A stretch of 64,000 nucleotides of DNA, taken from contig CAJOLH010000040.1 of NCBI GenBank assembly GCA_905235375.1, positions 9,028 through 73,027 of the forward strand, in the 5' to 3' direction. Below are positions 29,024-37,052 of this stretch, one piece after another (position 1 is the first letter of the stretch; each line of letters begins with the position of its first letter). The stretch comes from an uncultured Bacteroidales bacterium. Lineage in GTDB: Bacteria; Bacteroidota; Bacteroidia; Bacteroidales; UBA3663. A model generated the notes under the pieces. The model made no database searches, was not told where the DNA came from, and saw only the letters and a program-made list of their open reading frames with translations. The position numbers and the translations under genes were made by a program.

Positions 29024-32000
29024 TTAGAAGCCGATGCTGAGACCTACAGAGTAGGTGGTTGGTGAAGGATAACGTCCGTTGTCCAGACCCATCACGTTGG
29101 CGCTGGCAGGCGATACGCCCACCTCGGGGTCGTAGCCATTGTATTTGGTCAACGTCAGGAGGTTCTGGATGTTGCCGTAGATGCGCAGATTGTCGATTCT
29201 GAGTCGCTTAACCGCTTTCTTGGGGAAGGTGTACCCCAGCGCAATGTTCTTCAGACGGATGTATGAACCATCTTCGATGTAGCGATCGCTGAAACGGTCG
29301 TTGTCGTTCGGGTCGTTGAGGGTGGCACGTGGAGTGTTGGTGCCGCTGTTCTTGACCTGGACGTTGGTGATGTCGTCGTACCAGTGCCATACGGTTACTC
29401 CGTTGATGTCGCGGCCGGCAGAATAGTCGATCGAGGCATCGATAGGTTCGAGCACGGCGCGGTCGTTGACATCCTTCAACTGGTTGGTCCAGCTTGAGTT
29501 CATGTGGGTGAGTTTCATCGCCATGTAGTTGGCGACCTTGTTGCCGTAAGAACCGTTGATGAAGATGCTCAGGTCGAAGTCCTTGTAGCGGAAAGTCTGG
29601 TTCCAGCCGAAGGTGAACTTCGGAAGTGGCGAGCCGATGTTGGTGCGGTCATTCTCATCGATGATGCCGTCACCGGTGAGGTCCTTGTACTTGACGTCAC
29701 CGACCCAGGTGGTTGAAGTGCGGCTGAAGACACCGTTCGAGGAATAGGCTTTTGGCTTAGGCGAAGTTTCAATGTCCTCAAGGTTCTGATAGACGCCATC
29801 GGTAACATAGCCGTAGAAACTGAAGAGTGACTCACCTACTTGGGTAAGGCTGACTACGTCCGACCACTGACCATAGCCGGTGAGGGTGGCGTTGCCCGAG
29901 CCGTCGTTAAGGGATATAAGTTTGTTGTTGTTGAGAGAAAGGGTAACTTCTGTGCTCCATTCGAAGTTTTTGGTCACTACGGGGCGGGCATTGAGGGTGA
30001 ACTCCCAGCCACGGTTGCGTATCTGACCATAGTTGCCGAAGGGAGCGGCAAGAGCTGATGACCCGTTGCCCGAAGTGCCCATGTAGGATGGCAGCTGGAG
30101 CTGCATCAGCATGTCCTTCGATTCCTTGTTGTACCATTCGACAACAAGGCCGATGCGGTCGTGCAGCAGGTTAAGGTCAAGACCGATGTTCCACTGTTCC
30201 TGACTCTCCCATTTGATGCCGGTGTTGGCGACCTGGGCGGGACGATAGGATTTGCCGAAGTCGGTGTTCATGATCGAGAGGGGAACGCCCCACTTGTAAC
30301 CGCCGATGTTCGAGTTGCCGGTCTGTCCCCAGCCCACACGGAGCTTGCCGTTGCTGATCCAGTCGATGTCATTCATGAAGCTCTCTTGGCTGAAACGCCA
30401 GGCGAGGGCAAACGAGTTGAAGGCAGCCCAGCGGTTGCGAGGACCGAAGTTCGACGAACCGTCGTAACGCCAGGTATAGGTGGCGAGGTAACGGTCGTTG
30501 TAGTTATAGGTGCCACGTGCGAAGAACGAAGCCATCGAACTTTCGCCAAAGCCATAGCCAATGGAAGGTGTGCCATCGCCAAGGGCAGGGTTGTGCACCT
30601 CGTCGCTGGGCAGGTTGGTGTTCTGTATGTTCTCGTAGTCCCAGTTGCTCGACCATGCTTCCTGTCCGACCATGGCGGTGAACGAGTGCTCACCGATCTT
30701 GTCGGCGTAGGTCACGTAGTTCTTGAGTGCCCAGAACTTGTTGGCGTTCTTCTGCACCGAGCTGGTGTTGGAATCGCGTGTCCAGGTGCCGAGGTTTACG
30801 GTAGGCTTGTAACGCTCGCCTTTCGACCAGCCGAGATCCCAGTCGTACTCCGAGTGCCAGGTAAGTTTCTTCATCAGCTGAATGTCGAAGAAGACGTTAC
30901 CCGTGAGTTTCTGACGGGCAAGCAGGATGTCGTCCATCAGCGCCATGGCAATGGGGTTGGGGTTGGTATAACCTTCCTGGCTGACGCTCGAATAGTTGCC
31001 GTCGAGGTCGTAGATGGGGATGCTGGGGATGGTTGTGAGTGAGTAGTTGATAAGACCCTGATCCGAGTCGGCCAGTTTAAGGCTTTCGTCGGTGTCGGTG
31101 TAACTGACGCTGAGGCCCATCTTGAGCCACGACTTCATCTGTGCATCGATGTTGGTGCGGAATGAGAAACGCTCGAACTCCGAGCCGATGATGGTGCCAT
31201 CCTGATCCATGTAGCCGCCCGAAACGAAGTATTTCACCTTGTCGTTGCCTCCCTGAGCGCTCACCTGATGCTGATGCTGGAATGCAGTCTGGAAGACAGC
31301 GTCCTGCCAATTGGTGCCCAGGCCGAGCACCGAAGGATCGCTGTATTGTGCATTGGCCGAGCATTCGCCCTGATCCACCAGGTCATTGTAGTATTGTGCG
31401 AACTCGCGCAGGTTCATCATGTCGAGGCGTTTGGTCTGACGGTTCCAAGCCACCATGCCATCGTAACTGAATTTGGCGTCGCCAGCCTGTCCGCGCTTGG
31501 TGGTGATGAGTACTACACCATTGGCACCCTGTGCTCCATAGATGGCAGTGGCAGAAGCATCCTTCAAGATCTCCATGCTGACGATGTCGGCAGGGTTGAT
31601 GGTCGAAAGGGGAGAGATGGTCGAGACCTTGCCGTTGCCGAGGGCATCACCCAGGCCGTATTCGGCACCCGAGGAACCCTGACTCTGCACGATGACACCA
31701 TCGATAACGTAGAGTGGTTCGGCATTGGCATTGATGGTGGCAGTGCCACGCACACGGATGGATGACGACGAGCCTGGTGCTCCCGATGTCTGTGTGGCCT
31801 GCACACCGGCGGCACGTCCTTGCAGCGACTGGTCGAGCGAGGTGATGATCGAACCTTTCATCTTCGATTCATCCATCGTGACCGATGCACCGGCAAGGTC
31901 GGACTTTTTCATCGTACCGTAGCCGACAACAACAACTTCTTCGAGCAACTCGTCGTCGCTCTTCATTTCCACATTCACAGTCTTGCGCCCGGCAATCTTG

Positions 32001-32254
32001 ACCTCCTGGTCCTCCATGCCGACGTAGGTGAATAGCAGTGTGGCGTTGGCGCTCGAAACCTTGATCGAGTAGTTTCCGTCAATATCGGTAATTGTACCGG
32101 TGTTCGTGCCTTTTTCGCGAACGGTACACCCGATGACGGGATCACCCGTAGTTTCTGTCACCACACCCGACACTGTAACTTGCGCATACAAGGCAGTTGA
32201 CACCATCATCAATAGTGTCAATGCAAGCGCTCTCATGTCAAATGACTTGGTCAT
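29024..32254 (-). CDS. SusC-family TonB-dependent transporter (PUL 1)
   Basis: Signal peptide, carboxypeptidase-regulatory-like domain (VSGVVTETTGDPVIGCTVREKGT...DGNYSI), plug domain and C-terminal ...YSVGLSIGF. I set the start at MTKSFDMRAL (32254) because a TATCTTTG box lies inside the track's 5' extension. Confidence 0.9.
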   Translation of the reverse strand: MTKSFDMRALALTLLMMVSTALYAQVTVSGVVTETTGDPVIGCTVREKGTNTGTITDIDGNYSIKVSSANATLLFTYVGMEDQEVKIAGRKTVNVEMKSDDELLEEVVVVGYGTMKKSDLAGASVTMDESKMKGSIITSLDQSLQGRAAGVQATQTSGAPGSSSSIRVRGTATINANAEPLYVIDGVIVQSQGSSGAEYGLGDALGNGKVSTISPLSTINPADIVSMEILKDASATAIYGAQGANGVVLITTKRGQAGDAKFSYDGMVAWNRQTKRLDMMNLREFAQYYNDLVDQGECSANAQYSDPSVLGLGTNWQDAVFQTAFQHQHQVSAQGGNDKVKYFVSGGYMDQDGTIIGSEFERFSFRTNIDAQMKSWLKMGLSVSYTDTDESLKLADSDQGLINYSLTTIPSIPIYDLDGNYSSVSQEGYTNPNPIAMALMDDILLARQKLTGNVFFDIQLMKKLTWHSEYDWDLGWSKGERYKPTVNLGTWTRDSNTSSVQKNANKFWALKNYVTYADKIGEHSFTAMVGQEAWSSNWDYENIQNTNLPSDEVHNPALGDGTPSIGYGFGESSMASFFARGTYNYNDRYLATYTWRYDGSSNFGPRNRWAAFNSFALAWRFSQESFMNDIDWISNGKLRVGWGQTGNSNIGGYKWGVPLSIMNTDFGKSYRPAQVANTGIKWESQEQWNIGLDLNLLHDRIGLVVEWYNKESKDMLMQLQLPSYMGTSGNGSSALAAPFGNYGQIRNRGWEFTLNARPVVTKNFEWSTEVTLSLNNNKLISLNDGSGNATLTGYGQWSDVVSLTQVGESLFSFYGYVTDGVYQNLEDIETSPKPKAYSSNGVFSRTSTTWVGDVKYKDLTGDGIIDENDRTNIGSPLPKFTFGWNQTFRYKDFDLSIFINGSYGNKVANYMAMKLTHMNSSWTNQLKDVNDRAVLEPIDASIDYSAGRDINGVTVWHWYDDITNVQVKNSGTNTPRATLNDPNDNDRFSDRYIEDGSYIRLKNIALGYTFPKKAVKRLRIDNLRIYGNIQNLLTLTKYNGYDPEVGVSPASANVMGLDNGRYPSPTTYSVGLSIGF

Positions 32255-32308
32255 GTCGTTTTGTGTTAAAATTATAATATGTGAAATTAGGCGGCGTGTT
32301 AAGCGGTG

Positions 32309-32316
32309 CAAAGATA
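32309..32316 (-). promoter_or_regulatory. Candidate -7 box (TATCTTTG) for PUL 1
   Basis: The complement of caaagata lies about 55 nt upstream of the ATG at 32254. Confidence 0.45.
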
Positions 32317-32365
32317 AGAGGTTTATTTGATAATATGTTGTATAATTTTATCCAATTGTTGCACA

Positions 32366-32382
32366 ATTCCGAAAATATCGGG
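32366..32382. promoter_or_regulatory. TTCCGA-N-TCGG inverted motif in the divergent SusC / CxxCH-lipoprotein promoter region
   Basis: AATTCCGAAAATATCGG shares its half-sites with the 18973-19020 array. Confidence 0.35.
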
Positions 32383-32444
32383 TTTTAGCAGTTTATTTGT
32401 TAAAAAAGTATCATAATTATTTTGCAATTCAGCGAAAATATCTC

Positions 32445-32452
32445 TATCTTTG
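32445..32452 (+). promoter_or_regulatory. Candidate -7 box (TATCTTTG) for the CxxCH lipoprotein / glycerate kinase pair
   Basis: Matches TAnnTTTG 22 nt upstream of the ATG at 32474 and overlaps the track's TTG start. Confidence 0.45.
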
Positions 32453-32473
32453 TGCCCGTTAATAATAGAAAGA

Positions 32474-33928
32474 ATGAAAACATTTTCCCTCTTCCTTCTT
32501 GCATCTTTCCTTTTCCTTGCCTCATGCGGCGAGCGTGTCAGCAATGCAACGAATGATGCCTCTTTGCCCGACATTTACCCCGACTATGTGGATGTGACCA
32601 TCCCTGTTGGCATTGCTCCGCTCAACTTCGGCATGAAGAGCGACGATGCGCTGCTGGTCGATGCCGTCATCACGGATGCGAAAGGCCACACGCTGCATGG
32701 CCAGGGTCGTGAGACCACGGGATTCGACCTCGACAACTGGCACCAACTGCTTGCGCAGAATGTAGGCGACTCACTCTCGGTCACCGTCTCTGCCAAGTTT
32801 GCCGATCAGCCTTTCCACTTCTACGTCAGCACCGACAGCATCGACTACGGCCTCTGCTATCGCCTCATCGAACCGGGCTACGAGGTGTGGAGCAAGATGG
32901 GCATCTATCAGCGTAACCTTTCGAACTTCGAGCAGACACCGCTCATCGAGAATACGCAATTCCAGGGCTGTGTCAACTGCCACGGCTTCAACCGTGGCGA
33001 CCCGACGCGCATGAGCCTTCACATCCGTGGAGATCATGGAGCAACCCTGCTGCTCGACGAGGGCAAACTGACGGCCTACAACACCAAGACCGATCGCACC
33101 CTCGGCTTCTGCGTCTATCCCTACTGGCACCCATCGGGCAAATACATCGCCTACAGCGTCAACACCACCCGACAGACTTTCCACAGCCGCAATGCAAACC
33201 GCATCGAGGTGTTCGACACAGCTTCGGATATTCAGGTCTATGACGTCGAGCACAATCAGCTCATCATCACCCCTTCGCTCATGACCGACTCGCTCTACGA
33301 GACCTTCCCCGTCTTTTCAGCCGATGGACGCACTCTCTATTTCTCTGCTGCACATGCCCTTCCCGAGGGAAATATGCAGATCGATTCGGTGCGCTATAGC
33401 CTCTACAGCATCGACTTCGATGCCGACAAGGGGGCTTACGGCTCTTCCATCCGAAGGGTCATCGACCATGGCGACAGCTGCTCGGTCTGTTTCCCCCGTC
33501 CCAGCTACGATGGCCGCTTCTTGGTTTATTCGGTGGCGAACTACGGGCAGTTCAGCATCTGGCATCACGAAGCCGACCTTTGGATGCTCGACCTGCAGAC
33601 TGGGGAGTGTCGCCCGATGGAAGAGATCAATAGTGACGACACCGAAAGCTTCCACAATTGGAGCAGTAATTCGCGCTGGATGGTGTTCAGTTCGCGCCGC
33701 GATGACGGTCTCTTCACCCGTCCCTACTTCACCCACATCGATGCCGAGGGTCACGCTACCAAGCCCTTTATGCTTCCGCAGAAGAATCCTCGCCGCTTCT
33801 ATCGCGAGCTCTTCATGTCGTACAACGTGCCCGATTTCATTCGTGCCCGCGTCGAGTTCGACAACGTGGAGGCCGTCCGTCTTATCAATGCAGACTATCG
33901 CAAGCCGATGGGAGTGGTAGAGAAATGA
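32474..33928 (+). CDS. Lipoprotein with one CxxCH heme c motif and a TolB/PD40-like beta-propeller C-terminal half (paralogue A), function unknown
   Basis: Lipobox LFLASC. CVNCH at 32969-32983. Repeated S(A/P)DG(R/K)xL(Y/V)(F/Y) propeller-type motifs. Clearly paralogous to 37049-38527. Confidence 0.6.
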   Translation: MKTFSLFLLASFLFLASCGERVSNATNDASLPDIYPDYVDVTIPVGIAPLNFGMKSDDALLVDAVITDAKGHTLHGQGRETTGFDLDNWHQLLAQNVGDSLSVTVSAKFADQPFHFYVSTDSIDYGLCYRLIEPGYEVWSKMGIYQRNLSNFEQTPLIENTQFQGCVNCHGFNRGDPTRMSLHIRGDHGATLLLDEGKLTAYNTKTDRTLGFCVYPYWHPSGKYIAYSVNTTRQTFHSRNANRIEVFDTASDIQVYDVEHNQLIITPSLMTDSLYETFPVFSADGRTLYFSAAHALPEGNMQIDSVRYSLYSIDFDADKGAYGSSIRRVIDHGDSCSVCFPRPSYDGRFLVYSVANYGQFSIWHHEADLWMLDLQTGECRPMEEINSDDTESFHNWSSNSRWMVFSSRRDDGLFTRPYFTHIDAEGHATKPFMLPQKNPRRFYRELFMSYNVPDFIRARVEFDNVEAVRLINADYRKPMGVVEK

Positions 33929-33944
33929 TGGAAGTGAGGGAGAA

Positions 33945-35000
33945 ATGAAGGTAATCGTTGCAATAGATTCGTTCAAGGGTTGCATGACTTCGGTCGAAGC
34001 CAATCGGGCGGCGGCTGAGGGCATACGTCAGGTGTGCCCTGATGCGGAAATTGTGCAGGTGCCCGTCAGCGATGGAGGCGAAGGGTTTCTGGAGGCTTTT
34101 CATGCAGCCATCGGAGGAGAACTGATGGCGGTGACTGTCAGCGATCCGCTGATGCGTGAAGTCACGGCAAGGTATCTGTTGAAGGAGGAAACTGCCGTAA
34201 TTGAAATGGCCCAAGCCAGTGGATTGACACTGCTCACGCAGGAAGAGCGCAATCCGATGGTCGCCACAAGCTACGGTACAGGCCAGCTGGTGGTCGATGC
34301 CGTTCGGAAAGGTGCCCGCCACGTCATCGTAGGTCTTGGAGGCAGTGCAACGAGCGATGCGGGCATGGGAATGCTCCGCGCCATTGTCGATGCCTTTGCG
34401 GTGAATGAGCGATGGGAGGACTTCGAGGAACTGAAGGACGTACGTTTCACGATAGCCACCGACGTAAGGAATCCCCTGTGTGGAGAGAATGGGGCTGCCT
34501 TTGTTTTCGCTCCACAAAAGGGTGCAACGCCCGAGATGGTGACCCGATTGGACGAACGGGCAAGAAAGTTCGCCGAAGTCTCTGCCCGCCATTTCGGCTT
34601 CGACCGTTCGCAGATGGAGGGCGCAGGCGCCGCTGGTGGACTTGGCTATGCGTTTCTGCAATACCTTGATGCGTCATGCAAACCGGGAATACAGCTGTTG
34701 CTCGAAACAATCCGTTTCGAGCAACTTGTTCGCGATGCCGATCTTGTCATCACCGGCGAGGGTTCGGCCGATAGGCAGACGCTGATGGGTAAACTTCCCG
34801 TAGGAATCCTCGAGCAATCCCGAAATATCCCTGTCTGCCTGATTGCAGGACGGGTCAGCGACCGCGCCCCGTTGCTACAAGCAGGTTTTTCCAGGGTGGA
34901 ATGTATCAATTCTCCGGATATCGCGCTCGAAGAGGCGATGCGCAAGAATATTGCAACGTTGAATATTGCTAATACTGTGCGCAGAATGTTGGAAGCCTGA
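33945..35000 (+). CDS. glxK: Glycerate kinase
   Basis: 351 aa starting MKVIVAIDSFKGCMTSVEA...VPVSDGGEGFLEAF, with GLGGSATSDAGMG and ITGEGSADRQTLMGK. This is the typical glycerate kinase family pattern. Confidence 0.9.
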   Translation: MKVIVAIDSFKGCMTSVEANRAAAEGIRQVCPDAEIVQVPVSDGGEGFLEAFHAAIGGELMAVTVSDPLMREVTARYLLKEETAVIEMAQASGLTLLTQEERNPMVATSYGTGQLVVDAVRKGARHVIVGLGGSATSDAGMGMLRAIVDAFAVNERWEDFEELKDVRFTIATDVRNPLCGENGAAFVFAPQKGATPEMVTRLDERARKFAEVSARHFGFDRSQMEGAGAAGGLGYAFLQYLDASCKPGIQLLLETIRFEQLVRDADLVITGEGSADRQTLMGKLPVGILEQSRNIPVCLIAGRVSDRAPLLQAGFSRVECINSPDIALEEAMRKNIATLNIANTVRRMLEA

Positions 35001-35059
35001 CCATCAATAGCTGCAAACAGATTCCGTACGCTAAATTTCTATTCCCCGCTGGTATGCGT

Positions 35060-35545
35060 CCAATTTACGATAGTGAATTGGACTCGCACTTTCGGCGCAT
35101 ACCCTTTCTTGGCCAGGATTGGTTATGCTCCCGCAGAAGAATAACCATTTTCAGCCAAGACTGGTCATGCCTCGAACAGATAAAGCACTCTGATGCGCGA
35201 CAGGATGCTTGCTCAGTTCGGAGAATGACCTTTTTCGGCCAGGATTGGTCATGCTGCTATCGGATGAGTCCATTTTACGATAGTGAATTGGACTCGCACT
35301 TTCGGCGCATACCCTTTCTTAGCCAGGATTGGTCATGCTGCTATCGGACGAGTCCATTTTACGTTCGTAAATTGGACTCGCACTTTCGGCGCATACCCTT
35401 TCTTGGTCAGGATTGGTTATGCTCCCGCAGAAGAATGACCATTTTCAGCCAAGATTGGTCATGCCTCGAACAGATGAAGCACTCTGATGCGCGACAGGAT
35501 GCTTTATCCGATTGCGGTATGACCAATCTTGGCCAAAAAAGGGTA
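35060..35545. repeat. Composite nested repeat array: two units of about 150 bp, one partial unit, six direct copies and one inverted copy of a 28-bp ACCnTTTynnRGCCARGAyTGGTyATGC module
   Basis: Units at 35060-35210 and 35353-35504 differ by about 8 mismatches in my manual alignment. Module copies start at 35101, 35144, 35228, 35311, 35395 and 35438, with an inverted copy at 35517-35544. Confidence 0.85.
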
Positions 35546-35558
35546 TCCTTGCGTGTAA

Positions 35559-37052
35559 TTATTGCTTTGCGGACGTCTGACGAGGGGATTTGCTATAGTT
35601 GTTGCGGTTGTCTGTCAGCAGATGGTAGGCCATCAGATATTGATAGGCGAGGTGATTGTCGGGGTTGCTGAGGTAGAGGTTTTGGAGCAGGTCCGGCGTC
35701 ACGTGGTCGCCGAAGAAAAAGTCATCTTTGCACGCCATCTGGCGCAGGCGCCCGTATTCGGGATGGCTGGCTATGGCCTGCTCGTCGCCCAGCAATTGTA
35801 GAGTTTCGTTCGCCCATTCACGATAGAAGAGCGTCTTTTGCAGCGCCAGGAGGTATTTGCGTGCCACTTCGTAGCTTCCGCCAATCAGATTGGTCTGTGC
35901 GAGCCGTTTGTAGCATCTGCCGCTCTTTTGGAAGTCGAGGATCGCCTCCTGCGCTTCGAACACCGTCCGCTGCGCCATGGCAATCATGCCCAGCTGATAG
36001 TATGCTTCGGCTGTGGGCAGAGGACTGGTGGCATCGCGTTTGACATCGGGCAGCAACCCTGCGAGGCCATTCTGATGATAATCGAACAGGTGGTCGATGA
36101 GCTTGCCGTGCATCGCCAGGGCAAGGTTCTGCACCGTCACGCCAATCTGATTGTTGGGCTTTTCGGTGCTGATGGTCTGAAGGATGCGGTTCCATTGCTG
36201 GTGACATGCCATGAAGTCGTATTTCATCACCCGTTCTGCCTTGAAATTGCTGTTGCGCCACACGAGGCATCCCATACAGATAGCCACAACCACCCACGAG
36301 ACATGGGGAATGAGTGACGAGGAAGCATTGTCCCGACTATGGCTGAAGTGCCCTAAGAGCGCAATGACGATGACCGACAGGGCGGCAGCCCATAGCATGG
36401 TTGCAACTTCCGTAGGGAAGCGATGATAATGTATGCCGACCCATAAACGATCGACAGGAACAGGGAGAAAGCGTGGCAGTAAGGCAAGCATGACGGCAAG
36501 CAGTGCGAACGGAGCGAAATAGGCGAGCGAGCGCTCGGGGTGCGGTGACTGCAGGAGAAGGAATACCACGCTGACGGGTCCCGCCGCCCAATAGAGCACA
36601 GGCACGGCAACAAGGAGCAGCACGCGTCGCATCCCGCCGTCAGGCAGCTTGTCGAAACCCCACGAGGCGAGCAGCGTGAGCAACATTGCCCAAACGCCAC
36701 CCAACAGCGCATTCTCGTCAAGCAGAAAGAGCCAGAGCAGCAACGAGGGCATAAAGCTCAGACCATACAGCCGTCCCCACCCGACCAATCGGAGTGTCAG
36801 CAGCTGCACCAGCGAGAGCAGCACCCCAATGATAGTGGCGCCCACCCAGGCAAAAAGGAAGAACTGCGTGCAGAAGCGACCGAGCAGGTCGGCTATGCTG
36901 CCTGGCAAGCGGATGATGTCCCAAACGTAGGTGCTGTCGAAGAGGAAAAGCTGGAACTGCTCCTGATAATGCAGATGATGCGGATAGGCGAGTCCGAAGA
37001 AGAGGACAACTGCCACTCCGAAAAGGAGGGTGTAAAGGAATGAAGGTTTCAT
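35559..37052 (-). CDS. Polytopic membrane protein with a C-terminal helical (TPR-like) domain, paralogue B (DUF6057-like, from memory and unverified)
   Basis: 497 aa with about 8 N-terminal TM helices and a soluble alpha-helical C-terminal half (…LFYREWA…YLMAYHLL). Paralogous to 38540-40285. 4-nt overlap with the upstream gene. Confidence 0.55.
   Translation of the reverse strand: MKPSFLYTLLFGVAVVLFFGLAYPHHLHYQEQFQLFLFDSTYVWDIIRLPGSIADLLGRFCTQFFLFAWVGATIIGVLLSLVQLLTLRLVGWGRLYGLSFMPSLLLWLFLLDENALLGGVWAMLLTLLASWGFDKLPDGGMRRVLLLVAVPVLYWAAGPVSVVFLLLQSPHPERSLAYFAPFALLAVMLALLPRFLPVPVDRLWVGIHYHRFPTEVATMLWAAALSVIVIALLGHFSHSRDNASSSLIPHVSWVVVAICMGCLVWRNSNFKAERVMKYDFMACHQQWNRILQTISTEKPNNQIGVTVQNLALAMHGKLIDHLFDYHQNGLAGLLPDVKRDATSPLPTAEAYYQLGMIAMAQRTVFEAQEAILDFQKSGRCYKRLAQTNLIGGSYEVARKYLLALQKTLFYREWANETLQLLGDEQAIASHPEYGRLRQMACKDDFFFGDHVTPDLLQNLYLSNPDNHLAYQYLMAYHLLTDNRNNYSKSPRQTSAKQ

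Noticed and set aside
32323-32574. An 83-aa minus-strand ORF in the divergent SusC/lipoprotein promoter region.
   Set aside because: Half of it is antisense to the lipoprotein signal peptide, and the rest is AT-rich promoter DNA. There are no motifs.
33317-34661. Minus-strand ORFs of 235 aa and 258 aa, antisense to the CxxCH lipoprotein and glycerate kinase genes.
   Set aside because: These are shadow ORFs opposite well-supported plus-strand genes.
35060-35545. The possibility that the array is a CRISPR locus (a 28-bp repeat with semi-regular spacing).
   Set aside because: The 'spacers' are themselves repeated (three copies of the same roughly 55-bp segment), the spacing alternates at about 42/84 bp, one copy is inverted, and there are no cas genes in the window.
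35054-35671. A 205-aa plus-strand ORF with the repeated peptide YDSELDSHFRRIPFLGQDW...
   Set aside because: It is simply the translation of the nested DNA repeat array. The repeats also occur inverted, the ORF runs into the 3' end of the convergent gene, and the DNA-level palindromes explain the conservation better than coding does.
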